This document shows positions 24,901 through 38,988 of a DNA stretch of 64,000 bases, piece by piece. The notes under the pieces were generated by a model. The model did not search any database. It had not been told where the DNA came from and saw only the letters and a program-made list of their open reading frames with translations. The DNA is from Camelus ferus (taxonomy: Eukaryota). The DNA is taken from contig NC_045715.1 of assembly GCF_009834535.1 (NCBI RefSeq), forward strand, positions 20,646,001-20,710,000. The letters are read 5' to 3'. Within the stretch, counting starts at the first letter, position 1; each line of letters opens with the position of its first letter. The position numbers and the translations under genes were made by a program.

Positions 24901-27900
24901 CCCCTGGCTGCCCCTCCCTAGAGAAGGCCAAGGCACCCTCATTTGCTCACCAAGGGCCCCATCAGCCCCAGGCTCAAAGATGTTGCTGGATCCACTGAGG
25001 CGTTGTATGAAAGCAGCGATACTTTCACTGCTGCCAGCCCGAGCTCCCAGGGAGCCCAGCAGGGAGCTCAGTACACCCTGCACCACTGAGGTGAAAAACT
25101 CCAGCGGCAGGCTCTCAGGACCCAGACCTCCAGGACTCCCTGTGCCACCAGAAGGGGACCCTGGTGGGGGCGCCGTCTGCTGCTCTGGGGCTGGAGGTGG
25201 AGGCGGGGGTGGAGGGGGTGGAGGGGGTGGAGCGGCCGTTTGTGTTGCCTGGCCAACAAAGAAGAAATAAAGAACAGAAAATGAAGTGAGAATGGGGACA
25301 AGGACAGAAAATGGCATCAGGAAAGCACAACTCAACAGGGGTCTTGAAGACAGGGAGCTCTACTTTGGTCTCTGCTCCTTAAAGCAGAAGGTCCAGGAGT
25401 AGTTTACTCCACAGCAAAGTGAGGTCCAGAGACTACCTCTCTCCTTCTGAATGAGTCAGGTCAGAAAGCAATGACACAAATTACTATGCCTCTCTCTCTC
25501 AACCTCATTTTCCTCATCTCCAAAATGGAGGATTCTAAGTCAATACACTCCCAGGGTCCCTTCCAAGTGGCAATATAATGGCAATAAGACACCAGTGCCC
25601 CAAGCTTGGGAACAGGAAGGGGGAAGTAGAGAGCAATGCAGTCTCTCACCTGCAGGAAGTCAGTCATGCCCTGGAGAAAGGCAGGGACACCAGGCATCGC
25701 CACAGTGATGGTGGGAGAAGCCATGCCAGGCCCTGCAGCCCCTGGCCCTGCAGGCCCCAGCAGGTTCCCCAGGAGCTGAGAGAATTGAAGATCAGAGGCA
25801 GAGGGCTGAGGGGGGGGAGGCTGGGCAGGCCCCCCCGGGGCAGGGCCAGCTGTGGTAGCCGTGTTGGTAGTGCCAGCACTGGCCGAAGCAGTGGCAGGGG
25901 CTGGAGGTGGAGCCATTCCTGGGGTCCCCTGAGCTGTAGAGACCAAAAGAAAAACGTTGAAATCTGAAGAAAAACAAGACACCACAGGATCTCCATTCTG
26001 GCCTTCCCAGCAGGAAGGCAAGAACAGAGAAATATGGAGAACTGGGAAGCGGCCAGTGAAGAGACCGGGAGGGGAACACCGGCCTTCAGAGCCATGGAGA
26101 CCTCTTCAGTTCAAGCTAGGGAAGAACGAAGACTCACCCACAAGGACAGGCTGCATAAGAAGCTGCCCCACAAGGCCGCTCACCATCTGGGCTAAAGACG
26201 CATTGGTCCCCAGACCAGCGCCCGGCTGAGGGGAAAGAAGGGGAGGCTTTCAGTCTTGGCTTCTCCATGCCCCACCACAGAATTTCCTGCTCACCTTCTT
26301 TCCCACTGGGACTCCGCCACCTCACTTACCAGAGCCCCCGAGACAGGGGGACCCCCAGGATGGGAAGGCCGAGCCTGGGGAGGGGTGGGCCGGGCAATCA
26401 CCACCCGGGTCGGAGCTGTTGGGAAGCCTGGCACCTGCTGTCCTGTAGGGGGCAGAGGGGAGAGACCGAAGAGGGCTGAGGGCCGGGCCCTTGCCCGCCA
26501 GCCGACGATACCAACACCATGGACCGGGCCCCACCGCCCAGGCTTCCCCTTTCTGGNNNNNNNNNNNNNNNNNNNNNNNNNNNNNNNNNNNNNNNNNNNN
26601 NNNNNNNNNNNNNNNNNNNNNNNNNNNNNNNNNNNNNNNNNNNNNNNNNNNNNNNNNNNNNNNNNNNNNNNNNNNNNNNNNNNNNNNNNNNNNNNNNNNN
26701 NNNNNNNNNNNNNNNNNNNNCCCACTTGGCTCTACCCCGTCTCTACCCAGAGCTCAACCTGCTCTGATGCCCTCACTCTTACCCAGGGTCTGGCCATGAC
26801 CAGGGGGTCCTAGGGGGCCAGTGGGAGCACTCGGAACTCCACCAGGCTGTGTGCCAGAATCTGGGCAAGAAGACAGAGAGAGTGGCCCTGAGACAGGCAG
26901 GGCCAAGGCCTAACTGTATCCTCCTGAGATCAGCAAGCTGCAGGCCTTCACTCCCTCAACCAGAAAGCCCACCTTTCACTCCATCTAGACACGGAGGAGA
27001 CACTTCCTTCATCGTGCAAACAACTCTCCAAGGACAAGCAGTTCTTCCTGCCCCTCGCCGTACACGCCAACTCAAAGAGCTTCTGCTCTGGTCTCAGTTA
27101 CTGCTGACAGCCCTGGCCTCTTGCTCCCTTGCCCTGGCTCTCTCATACCTCAGTTCCAGCCCGACCTCCCTCATCGCGCTGCTCTTCTCTCTGCTGGCAA
27201 CTGTTCCTAACTCACCTTGAATGTTCATGTGCATCATGACCACGGGTTCCACGCTCTGGTGGGAAATCCGGATGACCCTCGGGTGGCTGGCAGTTGGAGG
27301 GGGAGCTGGCCCTGGTGGGGAAGCCCCCTCGGTCGAAGACTCCACAGTGGTCGAAGAGGGAGCCAGGGAAGAGGCCTGCCCAGGACCAGGGGGAGGTGTC
27401 TCTGCATTGGGAGTTGGGGGGGGCCGAGTCCCATTCCCCGTCATGGTCACAGTGGTCCCCACATTGATCTGGAGGACACAGATGAACAGGGCAGCAGTGA
27501 GAAAAACCCCAGAGCTTAACCCAGAGCAACCCATGAGATACTTCTAAATTCTCCATCCTGCCTAACAATATGTTTCCAAAGTCTGACCCTTTCTAACCTG
27601 CCTTGCGCCGACAGCTTCTCTGGGTCATCCTATCAACAGCCCTCCATTGTCTCTCAGCCGGGATTCCTCTGACCCACCTGGATGGGGATGGCTGCCTGCT
27701 GGAGCACCATGGGGGTGGTGTAGTGAGACATGGGCCGGACCACATGCAGGTGGCGGGGGGGCGCACAGGCCAGATTGCAGCGCAGGTCTGACAACGCCAC
27801 AAAGGTGTTGCCCAGCAGCCGCAGGCTCTCGCCAACCAAGTTGATCAGGCGCTGGTCCTCTTCACGGCCCTCTTGCTGTAGCCCCAAGGCCAAACACAGA

Positions 27901-30900
27901 AAAGCAGAAAACATTAGGCTGGCATTCACCTTGCTAACAAAACCACCACCTTGAGAATATCATGTCCTCTACATCTTCAAGCATATCCTTGGGAGCCTCT
28001 GGGTAGATCAAATCTTTGCCAATAAGTTCTATTCTACACACATAGTTTCCTATCAAAATAAACCCTACAATAAATCAATAAGGTATCATCTGCTAATCTG
28101 TTAGTTTTTTTTTTATGTTTTTATTGAAGTGTAATCAATTTGCAATGTTAGTTTCAAATGTATCCCTTATTTCCTAAACTTCCTAAATAAGTTGAGGGAC
28201 CAAAAGGTTGCAAGAACAGTGGTTATCATTAAGATCCTCACCTTCTCTGTCAGGAAGGGAAGATCCCTTACTTGCAAGTCCAGAGAGAAACCATTTTGTT
28301 ACAAGTCCAGAGAGAAACAATTTTGTTGCAGACAATGTGTTTTGTAGGGGGAAGGGGTGATCTGCATTTCACCCTGTTCCACCTGGAGTAGTGGAGGTGG
28401 GGGGCGGGCGGGGCTCACATTGTTGTTGTAGTCCGTTGTGGCAGCAGCACCCAGAACCTCATAGTAGCGCTGCAGGAAGGGCTGGAGGCGGCTCTCAAGC
28501 CGCTGCAGCTCCTGAAGCACCTCGACATACTCCGCGGGGGAAGGATGGCTGTGTGCAACCCCAAGAGGCAGTAAGCCAAGGTTTTCCTTAGATTCCCAAC
28601 CTCACATGCCCACCCTGTCTCTTCCTGGCTTCCCAAACCCCTGACCCAATCCTTCCCAAACTAGCAGAGCTTCTGTTCTTTAACCCCACCCAGGGGAAGA
28701 TGGGGAGAGGAAAATAAACCGCTTCCACCCTCCCCACCACACTTATCCTGTACCTACAATGGCGAAAATCTAACTCTGAAAAAGAGATGGGGCCTGGATG
28801 AACTCAGAGGAAAGAATCTCCATCAGGCTCAGGAAGCACCATTTGGATTTCCTTGCCCCAGAGAGGGCAGGGCTTCTGGCTCAGCAGCCAGTCCTAACTT
28901 CATTTACCTACTACCCCCTGCCCCTCAACACCAACCCTCCAAGGAAGACTTCCAAGCAATTCTTCCTCTCCCATCAGACCCCTCCTGGTCCCCATACGTT
29001 ACTTAGAATCCCCAACCCACTCCCACCCCAAAAGGTTCCCTCCATCTCTCACTTGGGTGCATTTGTCTCTGGGGCAGGTGTTGCGCCCGCTGGGGCTGGG
29101 CCGGAAGGGGTGAGCTCCGGGCTCTGGGCGGGGGCATGCTCCTCCACTTCCTCTGCCTCCATGGGCTCCCGAGGAGGCACTTCACTTTCGACTGGTTCTG
29201 ATGTTTGAGAGCTCAAGGCTACTGGCTCCGGGGCCACAGCTGGTATCTGAGGGGGTGGCTGACTGTGCTGTGCTTGGGACCCTCCTCGGCACTGCAGGTG
29301 GAGAGAGTCAGGACACCAAAGGCAGGATGAGACTGCGGCAGAGGCTTACCCAGGTCGAAGCGGACTGAGTAGAGAAGCTGTGCTGACCAGGCTCCCTGAA
29401 GGCAGGGGTCCTCATCTGTATCTCTGACCCCCTAGCAACCAGTGTAAAGCTTAAACAAATCAGATGTGTGACAAATATCTGTAATACCTGCAAACAAATT
29501 ACTAAAGAAAAGTAAGCATTGTAGTTCCCTACCCACCAAGAGAAGAGAAAGAAAAGGCCACTGGTTGCAGCTGCAGTACAAACTAACGGAGTTAGCCCAC
29601 CCCCGTATCAAACACGCTAAGACATTTTTAAAAAGCACAGAATCCTTATTTAATTGAAAAGACATATTGTGAGTTATCTGACAAGTCTGCAACAAACTTC
29701 TCAGATACCAGGTATCTGGGGATCAGCAGGGACAAGACAGTCTCACAAAGCTACTTTTTCTGCCCGAAAGAATAAAGATTGCAGAGAAGAGACCAGATTA
29801 GAAAGAAAGAATCCAGTGGATGTGGCCAGTCATGTCCTCACCCTTGGGCTGAGAGAAAAGGGGTAGGGAGGATGGGAAGAGAGACAGACAGACCCTAGCC
29901 GGCCTTGCCCACTCACCTCCATCCGGGATAGTAAGGTCTGTATGTCCCTGATCATGTGCTGGGCCATCACCAGCCGGACTCGGGGCTCACTCTACAATAA
30001 GAGAAGGAAAAATCAGGGCAGGCTTGGAATAAAGCCATGAGCTCCACAACCAGGTCCCAGCCATTTCCTCAGCCAGATCCGCCCCCACCTCATGGCCTCC
30101 TTCTCCCAGATCCCCTTCCCTGACCCTCCCAGGCCCCGGGATACCTGAATCGGGGCCTGTTCCATGTTGATGTGAACATCCACAGCAGAGCCGTCACTCT
30201 GGGGAAAGGGTAAGGGAAGTTGCTCTGGGAGAAGCCAAATACTAAGGTCCCCCACACTTCCAACTGGTTCTCTGGAGCCCCACCCACTATCTTCTCAAAG
30301 ACAAAGACTATATTATCAGACCACAGGGCCCTCCAAACCCAATCTAAAAACTGAGAAACCGGTCTTATGAGGTCTTGGCTGCTACCACTACCAAAACTAC
30401 ACTCTCCCACAAAAACCCTCCCATGAGGAACACAAGCTTACAGGAAGATTGAAGGTTCCAACCATGACATAGCTGTTGGCATTCCGGTCATGAACAGAGG
30501 CCCCAGGCCCCCGAGTACCAGGCGGGGGTCCCCCACCATGGGTAGCTGAGGCAGACCCTGTTCCAGAAGATGCCCCAAAAGGGAGCTGAAGCTGAGGAGG
30601 AGCCCGTTCTACCAGGTGGATAACCTTTCCCCCAACATCTGCAGGAAGAAAAGATACACACCAAAACATTGTAACATTAGGTAAACCCACAGCCTCAGCT
30701 CAGGACTCTGGACAACTGCCTCAGCCTCTGAATGGCCTCCCCCACTCCCTTACTGTATTCTTGGAGCTTCTTATCATCCTGCAGAACTCGTCCCTGATAG
30801 ATGAGTCGTTGTTTCTCAGAAGGGATGCTGACAGAGGCAGCAATGTGCTCCTTAAACTCCTTTACATTCATCTGTAAGGAAGAGACATGAATAGGAAGCA

Positions 30901-32087
30901 GGGAATGGAAGAAAACAGGAAAGATAGAAGAGGGACAACTGACTTGTGAGGGCTAAAAAGCCATCCCATCATAAAATCACTACCTATTTGTCTTAATTGT
31001 GAGGTAATCATTGTGCAAAGCCCTGAACTAAGGCAACACCTGTCAAAATACTTACGATACACATAGGGAACTGCAGGTTATATGCCTAGTGAAAATTACA
31101 GGGCTGAAAAACAGAAAAGACGACTGACATTCCCTTTTCTCCTCCTCTGCCTGGCTCCCAAAGGAATGTGTCTAAAGATACCAAAGGAATGTGTCTAAAG
31201 ATACCAGTGACCCCTTCTCAAACACAAAATGATACAACTCTGTAATCTTAAAGATACAAACGCTGACAAAGAAAATGGAGTGGAGAATCAGGTTAAGGTG
31301 GGAAGACTGAGCCAAGATGAAAGAAAAGGGATCAAAACAGAAAAACTTTTGTCCTAACCATACAACTGACTCTTGGGAAGCACCAAGCTGTTTACATACA
31401 TCTAATTGCAAAAGCCTATATGGTTTCCTTAAAAACAGGTAACACGTTTTAAAACAACAGAACAACTCCCTCATGATTTTGTCTCCAATAATGACATAGA
31501 TAGCTGTATTCCTGCCATTAAGCTCAAAAAACCTAAAATACATCGTAAATATTAGTAATTCCACTCAAGAGTCTATTAGGGCTCTTCCTGCATTATGAAC
31601 TCCATTTTCTCTACTTTAAAAACAACAGTTTTTGTTTGTAAGACACACTTGCACTTTAGGTCTATGTGTTCTGTTTCCCTTCCAAAAGGCAGGAGCCATG
31701 TCCGTCCCTTTGGCTGGGATTCGTTCACGATGTTGGCATACAGATTCCTCCCTCCTTCTTTCCCTTTGCATTTTTATTGAGGTGGAGGAAGGCAGAAGAA
31801 AATCTGCCTCACCCAACAGAAATCATAGAGGTAACATCAGGAAATGCTCTGCCTACAACATGAACAAAGGATTCAATGAAAGGAAATTTGAAGACCAGAA
31901 AATCAGACTCTTCTCTCAAGCTAAGGAACCTACAAGAGAAAGAGTTAATGGATGTCTTCCAGAAGTACTGGGTTCTCACCTGGGCCCCCACAATAAAGGT
32001 CCGGGTCTGTGAGTCCAGGGTCTTCACCAGCACCTCCAGGCTGTCAGGCTCCTTCATAGTGGTACTGGTACTATCATTAGACTCCAT
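21972..32087 (-). CDS. BAG6: BAG cochaperone 6 (BAT3/Scythe), multi-exon
   Basis: Exons 5'->3': 32087-31980 (ATG; [39 protein letters not shown] domain), 30871-30754, 30638-30442, 30198-30145, 29991-29917, 29291-29053, 28548-28419, 27875-27678, 27468-27216, 26860-26783, [expected exon 11B under N 26557-26720], 26442-26330, 26225-26138, 25933-25650, 25248-24951, 24791-24622, 24441-24388, 24256-24154, 24056-23932, 23762-23616, 23518-23459, 23347-23204 (DEQD caspase site), 23126-23019 (AKRRK NLS), [expected 147-nt exon under N 22344-22515], 22067-21972 ([29 protein letters not shown]). All visible junctions are GT-AG and phase-consistent. Confidence 0.97.
25470..25545. mobile_element. MIR fragment in BAG6 intron
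   Basis: CTCAACCTCATTTTCCTCATCTCCAAAATGGAGGAT resembles the MIR core (CCTCAGTTTCCTCATCTGTAAAATGGGGAT). Confidence 0.55.
28275..28328. repeat. 27-bp tandem duplication, two copies, two mismatches
   Basis: CAAGTCCAGAGAGAAACCATTTTGTTA (28275-28301) followed by CAAGTCCAGAGAGAAACAATTTTGTTG (28302-28328). Confidence 0.9.
31158..31205. repeat. Perfect 23-bp tandem duplication
   Basis: CCAAAGGAATGTGTCTAAAGATA twice (31158-31180, 31181-31203) plus CC. Confidence 0.95.
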
Positions 32088-32099
32088 GGCCGACAGCTG

Positions 32100-33750
32100 T
32101 CTAAGGAAGAATGGAAAGGAGGCGGCCCGCTGTCGCCCAAGGCAGATTTTTATGTACCCGGAAGCCTCCCCGGCCCAAGACTCCGCCCCAATGCCTAAGG
32201 AGTTTCTCCCACACAAGCACACACACTCACACCCGCCCCCATCCCTCTTCTGATTCCGGGGCACAGGGAGAGAGACACAAAGGGCAAGAGATCTACGGCA
32301 CACGGAGCTGGAGGACGGGAGGTGGGAGGGGCTCCACGAAGCCAATCACAATAAGGGAGGGCCAGTCGGGCTAGAAAGCAGCGAAGGAAGGAAACACAAA
32401 ACCAGTGTCATCACCGGTCGCGACAGGACAAGGGCCCAAGAAGTCGGCAAACCCTGGGACAACGCAAGAGCGAGGGTCGCGCCAGACCTGGCGGAGAAAG
32501 TGGTTTCGCGCGCACGCGCGCCACGCCACGCCCATCGAACCCGCCTAAGTCACGATAAACCCGAGATGACGGACACTCACTGAGGGCCAGACCGGCCAGC
32601 TGACTGCCCTTCTCTTCCGCCTTCCCTCGGTGCTCTAGCAAAGCGGCCCAACTAATACACCAGACTCAACACACCAAACACACACAGCGCCAGCCAGCGG
32701 CTCCGCCCCCGACTTCCCCACGGGACCGTCACTTCCGGTCTCCCCCAACCTGCCACCGACGGCCACTTCCGTTTCCCCAATAGTATTTGGGGATCGCGAG
32801 GCGGTACTTCCGGCTCCCCCCAGTTCCCCAAGCTTTACTTTTGTGGGGCACGACGAGAAAGTCCGCGGCCCCAAATAGTAAGCTTCTGCGGCCGAGACGG
32901 GCCGGGGCCGGCCTAGATGGGAGGGAGCCGAGCACCCCGAAGAGCCGCCGCCGCCGTCGCCCGGGGGACCGTATTGCGCCTGCGTGCGTCGTACTACGTA
33001 AGCGTACAGAGTTAGGCACCGCCCCACCCCCGCCGGCGGTGTTCCTTTCTCCCGTGCGCGCGCTTGAGCAGTAGGGAGTTGTGGTGGCCACTATAAATGC
33101 CTGAAAAAATTAATTACCATATGGGACTCTTCGACTGCCTGGAGAGGTGCACTGAACGGCTGTATGGATCTTGGAGTTGGGAGACTGGAGACTATGTCTC
33201 GCCAATCTATGTGAACGTCTTGGCCTGCAGAGAATTTGAGGTGGCACTGTCCTGGCCACCTAGAATTCTGTCCGCCTCTCACTATCCCCCTCGCTGCGAC
33301 ACTCTTTCCGCGCCTCCGGAAGTCACTCTTTACCTAGGCAGTTGGAGGTGGTTCTCGAGCTGACTTGCGTGTGGTGGCGTCGTTGGGCTCGAGCTCGGTT
33401 TCGCCCGGTGGGCATCTTGCGAGTTTGGGCGCCATGTTCTTCCTCAGCGGTGTGCGGCCGAGGGGACACGCCATGTTTTGGAGAAGCTAAGGATTTACTA
33501 CCTTTCAAGACTTTTGTCTGAAAAAAAAAAAAAAAGGACGCCTCCGAGTTTGGGAGTTGGGAGCAAATGGAGTCTGACTGAACCGAAACACAAGGCTCTG
33601 ACCCTGGGGGATTAAAAGGGCCGCCTGAAGGCTTTTGCGCGCCGGGAGCCGCGGGGGTTACTGTCCCTGTGTCCTCTTCTGTCTCCACTCTTCGGGCAAG
33701 GGCCTCGGCCCGCGGTCCTGCCGGGGTGCCTGCCTTCGTGCCCAGCTTTT
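32100..33750. promoter_or_regulatory. BAG6 CpG-island promoter, non-coding first exon(s)
   Basis: High CpG density. E2F site TTTCGCGC 32504-32511; ETS ACTTCCG at 32731, 32765, 32806; minus-strand donor at 32580 (CTCAC on +); YY1-like CGCCATGTT twice near 33430-33477. BAG6 exon 2 acceptor at 32100. Confidence 0.85.
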
Positions 33751-34309
33751 CTGGGATTTGTAGTTTATCCCCAAGGCCCAGTACTGTTTCAATTAAGAGT
33801 TCTAATAAGCACCTATTTAGTGAGCCCCTGGTTTGTGTCAGCCAATTTGCTGAGGAGTTCAGGTACTGTCATTTAAAAACCTTTCAACATTTGAGACGGT
33901 TATTACATCCATCTTTAGGCGAATGTAAGTGGCAGAACCGACAAATCCAGGCCTACCAGACTCCTTTGGGTCAAACACTTATACTGTAGTGCCCCCATAA
34001 CTTGTATTTTAGTTTTTTATTGTAAAAAGATGTCAAACATGACTCCATAACAATACAATGAAACCTCAAATACCCATCACCCAAATTTTGTTCTTTTAAC
34101 TAAATCATAAGCCCATAGCAAGCCTCACCTCTGAGAACAAATCTTTATGACAGTCTGTGGGTTATAAAGGAAGCCCCAATTTTCATTGCATTAACTGCTC
34201 CACCCACTTGGCACTACCCAATGACTACCTCTTGATAATTCTTTCCTTACCTCCTGTTGAGAACTTAATACCCACCAGAGACTATAATAAGTGCTTTACA
34301 ATCATTAGT

Positions 34310-34520
34310 ATTAATTATAGCGAATATTTACTTTGGACTTAACCATGTGCAGGCCGTTGCTAAGGGTTTTATGTGCATTCTCTCTTTTAATCGAATGAGA
34401 CCAATGATTTGCTAATTTTACAGATGAAAAAGCAGGCATAAAGATGAATAAAATTGTACAATATCTAATAAGTAGTAGATTCACTCTCCTGACCCCAATG
34501 TCTATTCATTTTAACCACTA
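34310..34520. mobile_element. MIR element
   Basis: GAATATTTACT...CCATGTGCAGGC...TTTTACAGATGAAAAAGCAGGCA...TTAACCACTA resembles reverse-oriented MIR consensus. Confidence 0.6.
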
Positions 34521-34729
34521 GGTTACATGGATTCTTACTCGTAGTAATAAACCAGAGAATGAATTCATGTGTCGGCAGACTTTTCGGGGGAGGGGGTATA
34601 CATATTGCCTCCCCAATTATCAGCTTCAGAGAGAAAGCCTCCCATTCATCATGCTCTAGCACTTGGTTCATACCTGTTCTAAAGCACTTACCAGGTTGTA
34701 CTAAAATGATTTGTTTACATAGCTAGTTT

Positions 34730-34855
34730 TCCTCTGACTGATTCTTCAAGGCCAGGAACTGTCTTACTCATTTTTATGTTCCCAGGGCTTAGCCAGTTCC
34801 TAACAAACAGCTGGGACTTAAAAACAGTTTGCTGAGTGAATGTATGAAAGAATCA
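34730..34855. mobile_element. LINE-2 3'-end fragment
   Basis: AAGGCCAGGAACTGTCTTACTCATTTTTATGTTCCCAGGGCTTAGC...TTTGCTGAGTGAATGTATGAAAGAAT is typical of the L2 terminus. Confidence 0.6.
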
Positions 34856-35059
34856 ATCCACCTCTCTTCAGTGCTGCACAGCGCAGCAGATATCCAGGGT
34901 TGAAAGACCACAGGCTTCTACCTGGAGGGCTCAACTCTCCTTAAAACTCCTGAGAAATCCTGGACATGCCAGGATGTATTGTGAAGTGGTTACATTCAGT
35001 AGAGGAGAAGACCCAAACACTGTAAGTAATCCAGGCTTGGGCTGGAAAACAAGGTTGAA

Positions 35060-35100
35060 GTTACTCATTAGCAGGTGAAGGATCAAGGGTCAAGGCAAGG
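35060..35100 (+). promoter_or_regulatory. APOM hepatic proximal promoter (HNF1 site, nuclear-receptor half-sites)
   Basis: GTTACTCATTAGC at 35060-35072 fits HNF1 consensus GTTAATNATTAAC; TCAAGGGTCAAGGCAAGG at 35083-35100 has NR5A2/HNF4-type half-sites. HNF1A control of APOM is established. Confidence 0.7.
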
Positions 35101-35193
35101 GGGCTGGAAGCAGAGTGGACTGAGCAGCCAGTGGGGGAGAACAGTTAAGACACCAGCCACTCCAGGCAGAGCACCAGCTCCTCCTTCCTGAAG

Positions 35194-37093
<1,900 letters not shown>

Positions 37094-37186
37094 CCTGTGG
37101 CTTCATCTGTACCCCCAGATGGATACAATAGAAGCTGACATTGTAGTAGGGGAGAAGCTGGAAAATCCCAACTCCCTTTCAAGGGT

Positions 37187-37192
37187 AATAAA
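37187..37192 (+). terminator. APOM polyadenylation signal
   Basis: AATAAA ~95 nt after the stop. Confidence 0.8.
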
Positions 37193-37374
37193 GGTTTTTC
37201 AATCCTCATCTAATTTAGGGGGTTTGTCTCTAGACATTAGTCCCACTCCCTCCATTTCAATATTTCCCTGGACCTTCTACCACATAAACCCCCAGTTGGA
37301 CGGCGTCAGGAAGGACACTTGGCAGTAACTCTTACTTTGTAGTGGTATATTGAGGATTTGGTGTGACAGAGTTA

Positions 37375-37380
37375 TTTATT
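37375..37380 (-). terminator. C6orf47 polyadenylation signal
   Basis: TTTATT on +, ~730 nt downstream of the C6orf47 stop on the minus strand. Confidence 0.65.
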
Positions 37381-38106
37381 GCTGAGTGAGCAAATCTCTA
37401 ACCACCCCCCCCCCCCGCCCCAGTGGGGTCTGCAGACTCCAGTGCTCCCCATACTGCCTGTCTGAGCTGACAGCCCCTCTGAGCTGGCCCTCCTGCTAAC
37501 AATGCCTGCACAGTCCCCATTCCCTCTGGCTACTGGGAACACCCAGATCCTCCCTGCAGGCTCCATCACCTATAGGACCCCATCCAGACCCCCTAATTCA
37601 CCCACCTAGCAGTGCCACTCCTCCCTAGATGGTGCAGATCCCAGGATCCAAGGGATACCTTGAGTCTCTCAACCACCCTCTTACCCTATCCAGAGATCTA
37701 TCTGTCATACCTCTGGTCTCCTCCACCCCTGGAGAGTTTTGAAAGGTAGAGAGGGACTTTTAGTCTTTATTCTCCACCATCACACTTTTTTTTTTTCTTT
37801 TAAAAAGTGGAGGTGGAAAAAAAAATAACTGGAGGTGGGAGAAATGTAAAAGCAAAAATTAACAACAGCTGGTGAATTCAAGGGCAATGCCCTCACTGTC
37901 CATAAACAGACACCTAAACAGTTCTATTCTCTCCTGTGTGTGAAGGGGGGCTCTGTGCCCTCATACTCTGGGGTTTCTACCCCATCCCTGAGGTCCCTGT
38001 GCTTACAATCTAAATCATGCCCCCCACTCTCCTAAAGGCCACACTGTGTTCACCCTTGCTCCCACCTCACTGAGGATGGGGCCATGGGACACACCCCACC
38101 CTGTGG

Positions 38107-38988
38107 TCACAGCCCCTTTCCTGGGTCTCCCCTCTGCTCCTCACCCTCCCTCCCCAGCTTCTCGCCCTCCAAGTCAATGGCCTCCTCATCCCCACTGGGC
38201 TCCCGGAGGCTGACAGCCAGCACCAGGGCCTGTAGAAGACCAAAGAGGCAGGCAAAGTGCAGGGGGTGAGCGGTAAGTAGGCTCAGAACAGCATGGAGCC
38301 CATGCAGGGCAGCCAGGAAGGACAGTAGCCCATGTAGCCAGAGGCCCAGTGGTCCACGCAGGCCCAGCGCGTCCAAGGCTGCCCGCAATGGCCTTGAGCA
38401 TAGCCCCAGCAGGGCTGAGGCCAGTAGCTCCAGCAGGTGCAGGGTCAGGTTGGTAGAGATCTGCAGACATTCCTCTGGGCCCCCCAGGTACTGATAGGGA
38501 GCCCCTGGTTCCCCCCGCAGCCAGCCCAGCAGCTTCTGACGCCGACCAGGCTTCTCCAGTGGGGCTTCAGGCCCAGAGGGGCTCAGTCCCTCTTCAGGGG
38601 ACACTCCAGGTTTCCTGGTGCCACCTGAGTCCACAGGATCCCATCCCAGTTTGGGAATGGCCTGTCCAGCCTCCAGTCTCCCAGACCCTTGAGTGCTAGA
38701 GACAGTCTTGTTCCACTTGAAAGAATCCATTCTTTTGCTCTCCAGTTGCTCAACTTGGGACTCCCTGCTTGGTTCTGGAGCAGCCCCAGAGCTCATCTGT
38801 GCACCTGAGTCCTTGGTCTTGGGAGGCCCCAGGTCTCCCATGGTTTCTGGGGCACTGTCCCAGTCACTCCCTGAATTCTCGGAGGAGCTGTCCATCTGTC
38901 TGGGTTCTGGGGCAGGCAGGTCAGGCCTCGTTGGTTTCCGGCGGCCCCAGGGGCGAGGTAGCCAGCCACCAAGCCGTCGCAGGAACAT
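38107..38988 (-). CDS. C6orf47: C6orf47 (G4) orthologue, single coding exon, 293 aa, hydrophobic C-terminal segments
   Basis: Intact ATG ORF MFLRRLGGWLPRPWGRRKP...SSENSGSDWDSAPETMGD...LHLLELLASALLGLCSRPLRAALDALGLRGPLGLWLHGLLSFLAALHGLH; syntenic position between APOM and GPANK1. Confidence 0.95.
   Translation of the reverse strand: MFLRRLGGWLPRPWGRRKPTRPDLPAPEPRQMDSSSENSGSDWDSAPETMGDLGPPKTKDSGAQMSSGAAPEPSRESQVEQLESKRMDSFKWNKTVSSTQGSGRLEAGQAIPKLGWDPVDSGGTRKPGVSPEEGLSPSGPEAPLEKPGRRQKLLGWLRGEPGAPYQYLGGPEECLQISTNLTLHLLELLASALLGLCSRPLRAALDALGLRGPLGLWLHGLLSFLAALHGLHAVLSLLTAHPLHFACLFGLLQALVLAVSLREPSGDEEAIDLEGEKLGREGEEQRGDPGKGL

Noticed and set aside
25186-25232. G-run array in a BAG6 exon (G-quadruplex-like)
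   Set aside because: Fully explained by the conserved poly-proline codons.
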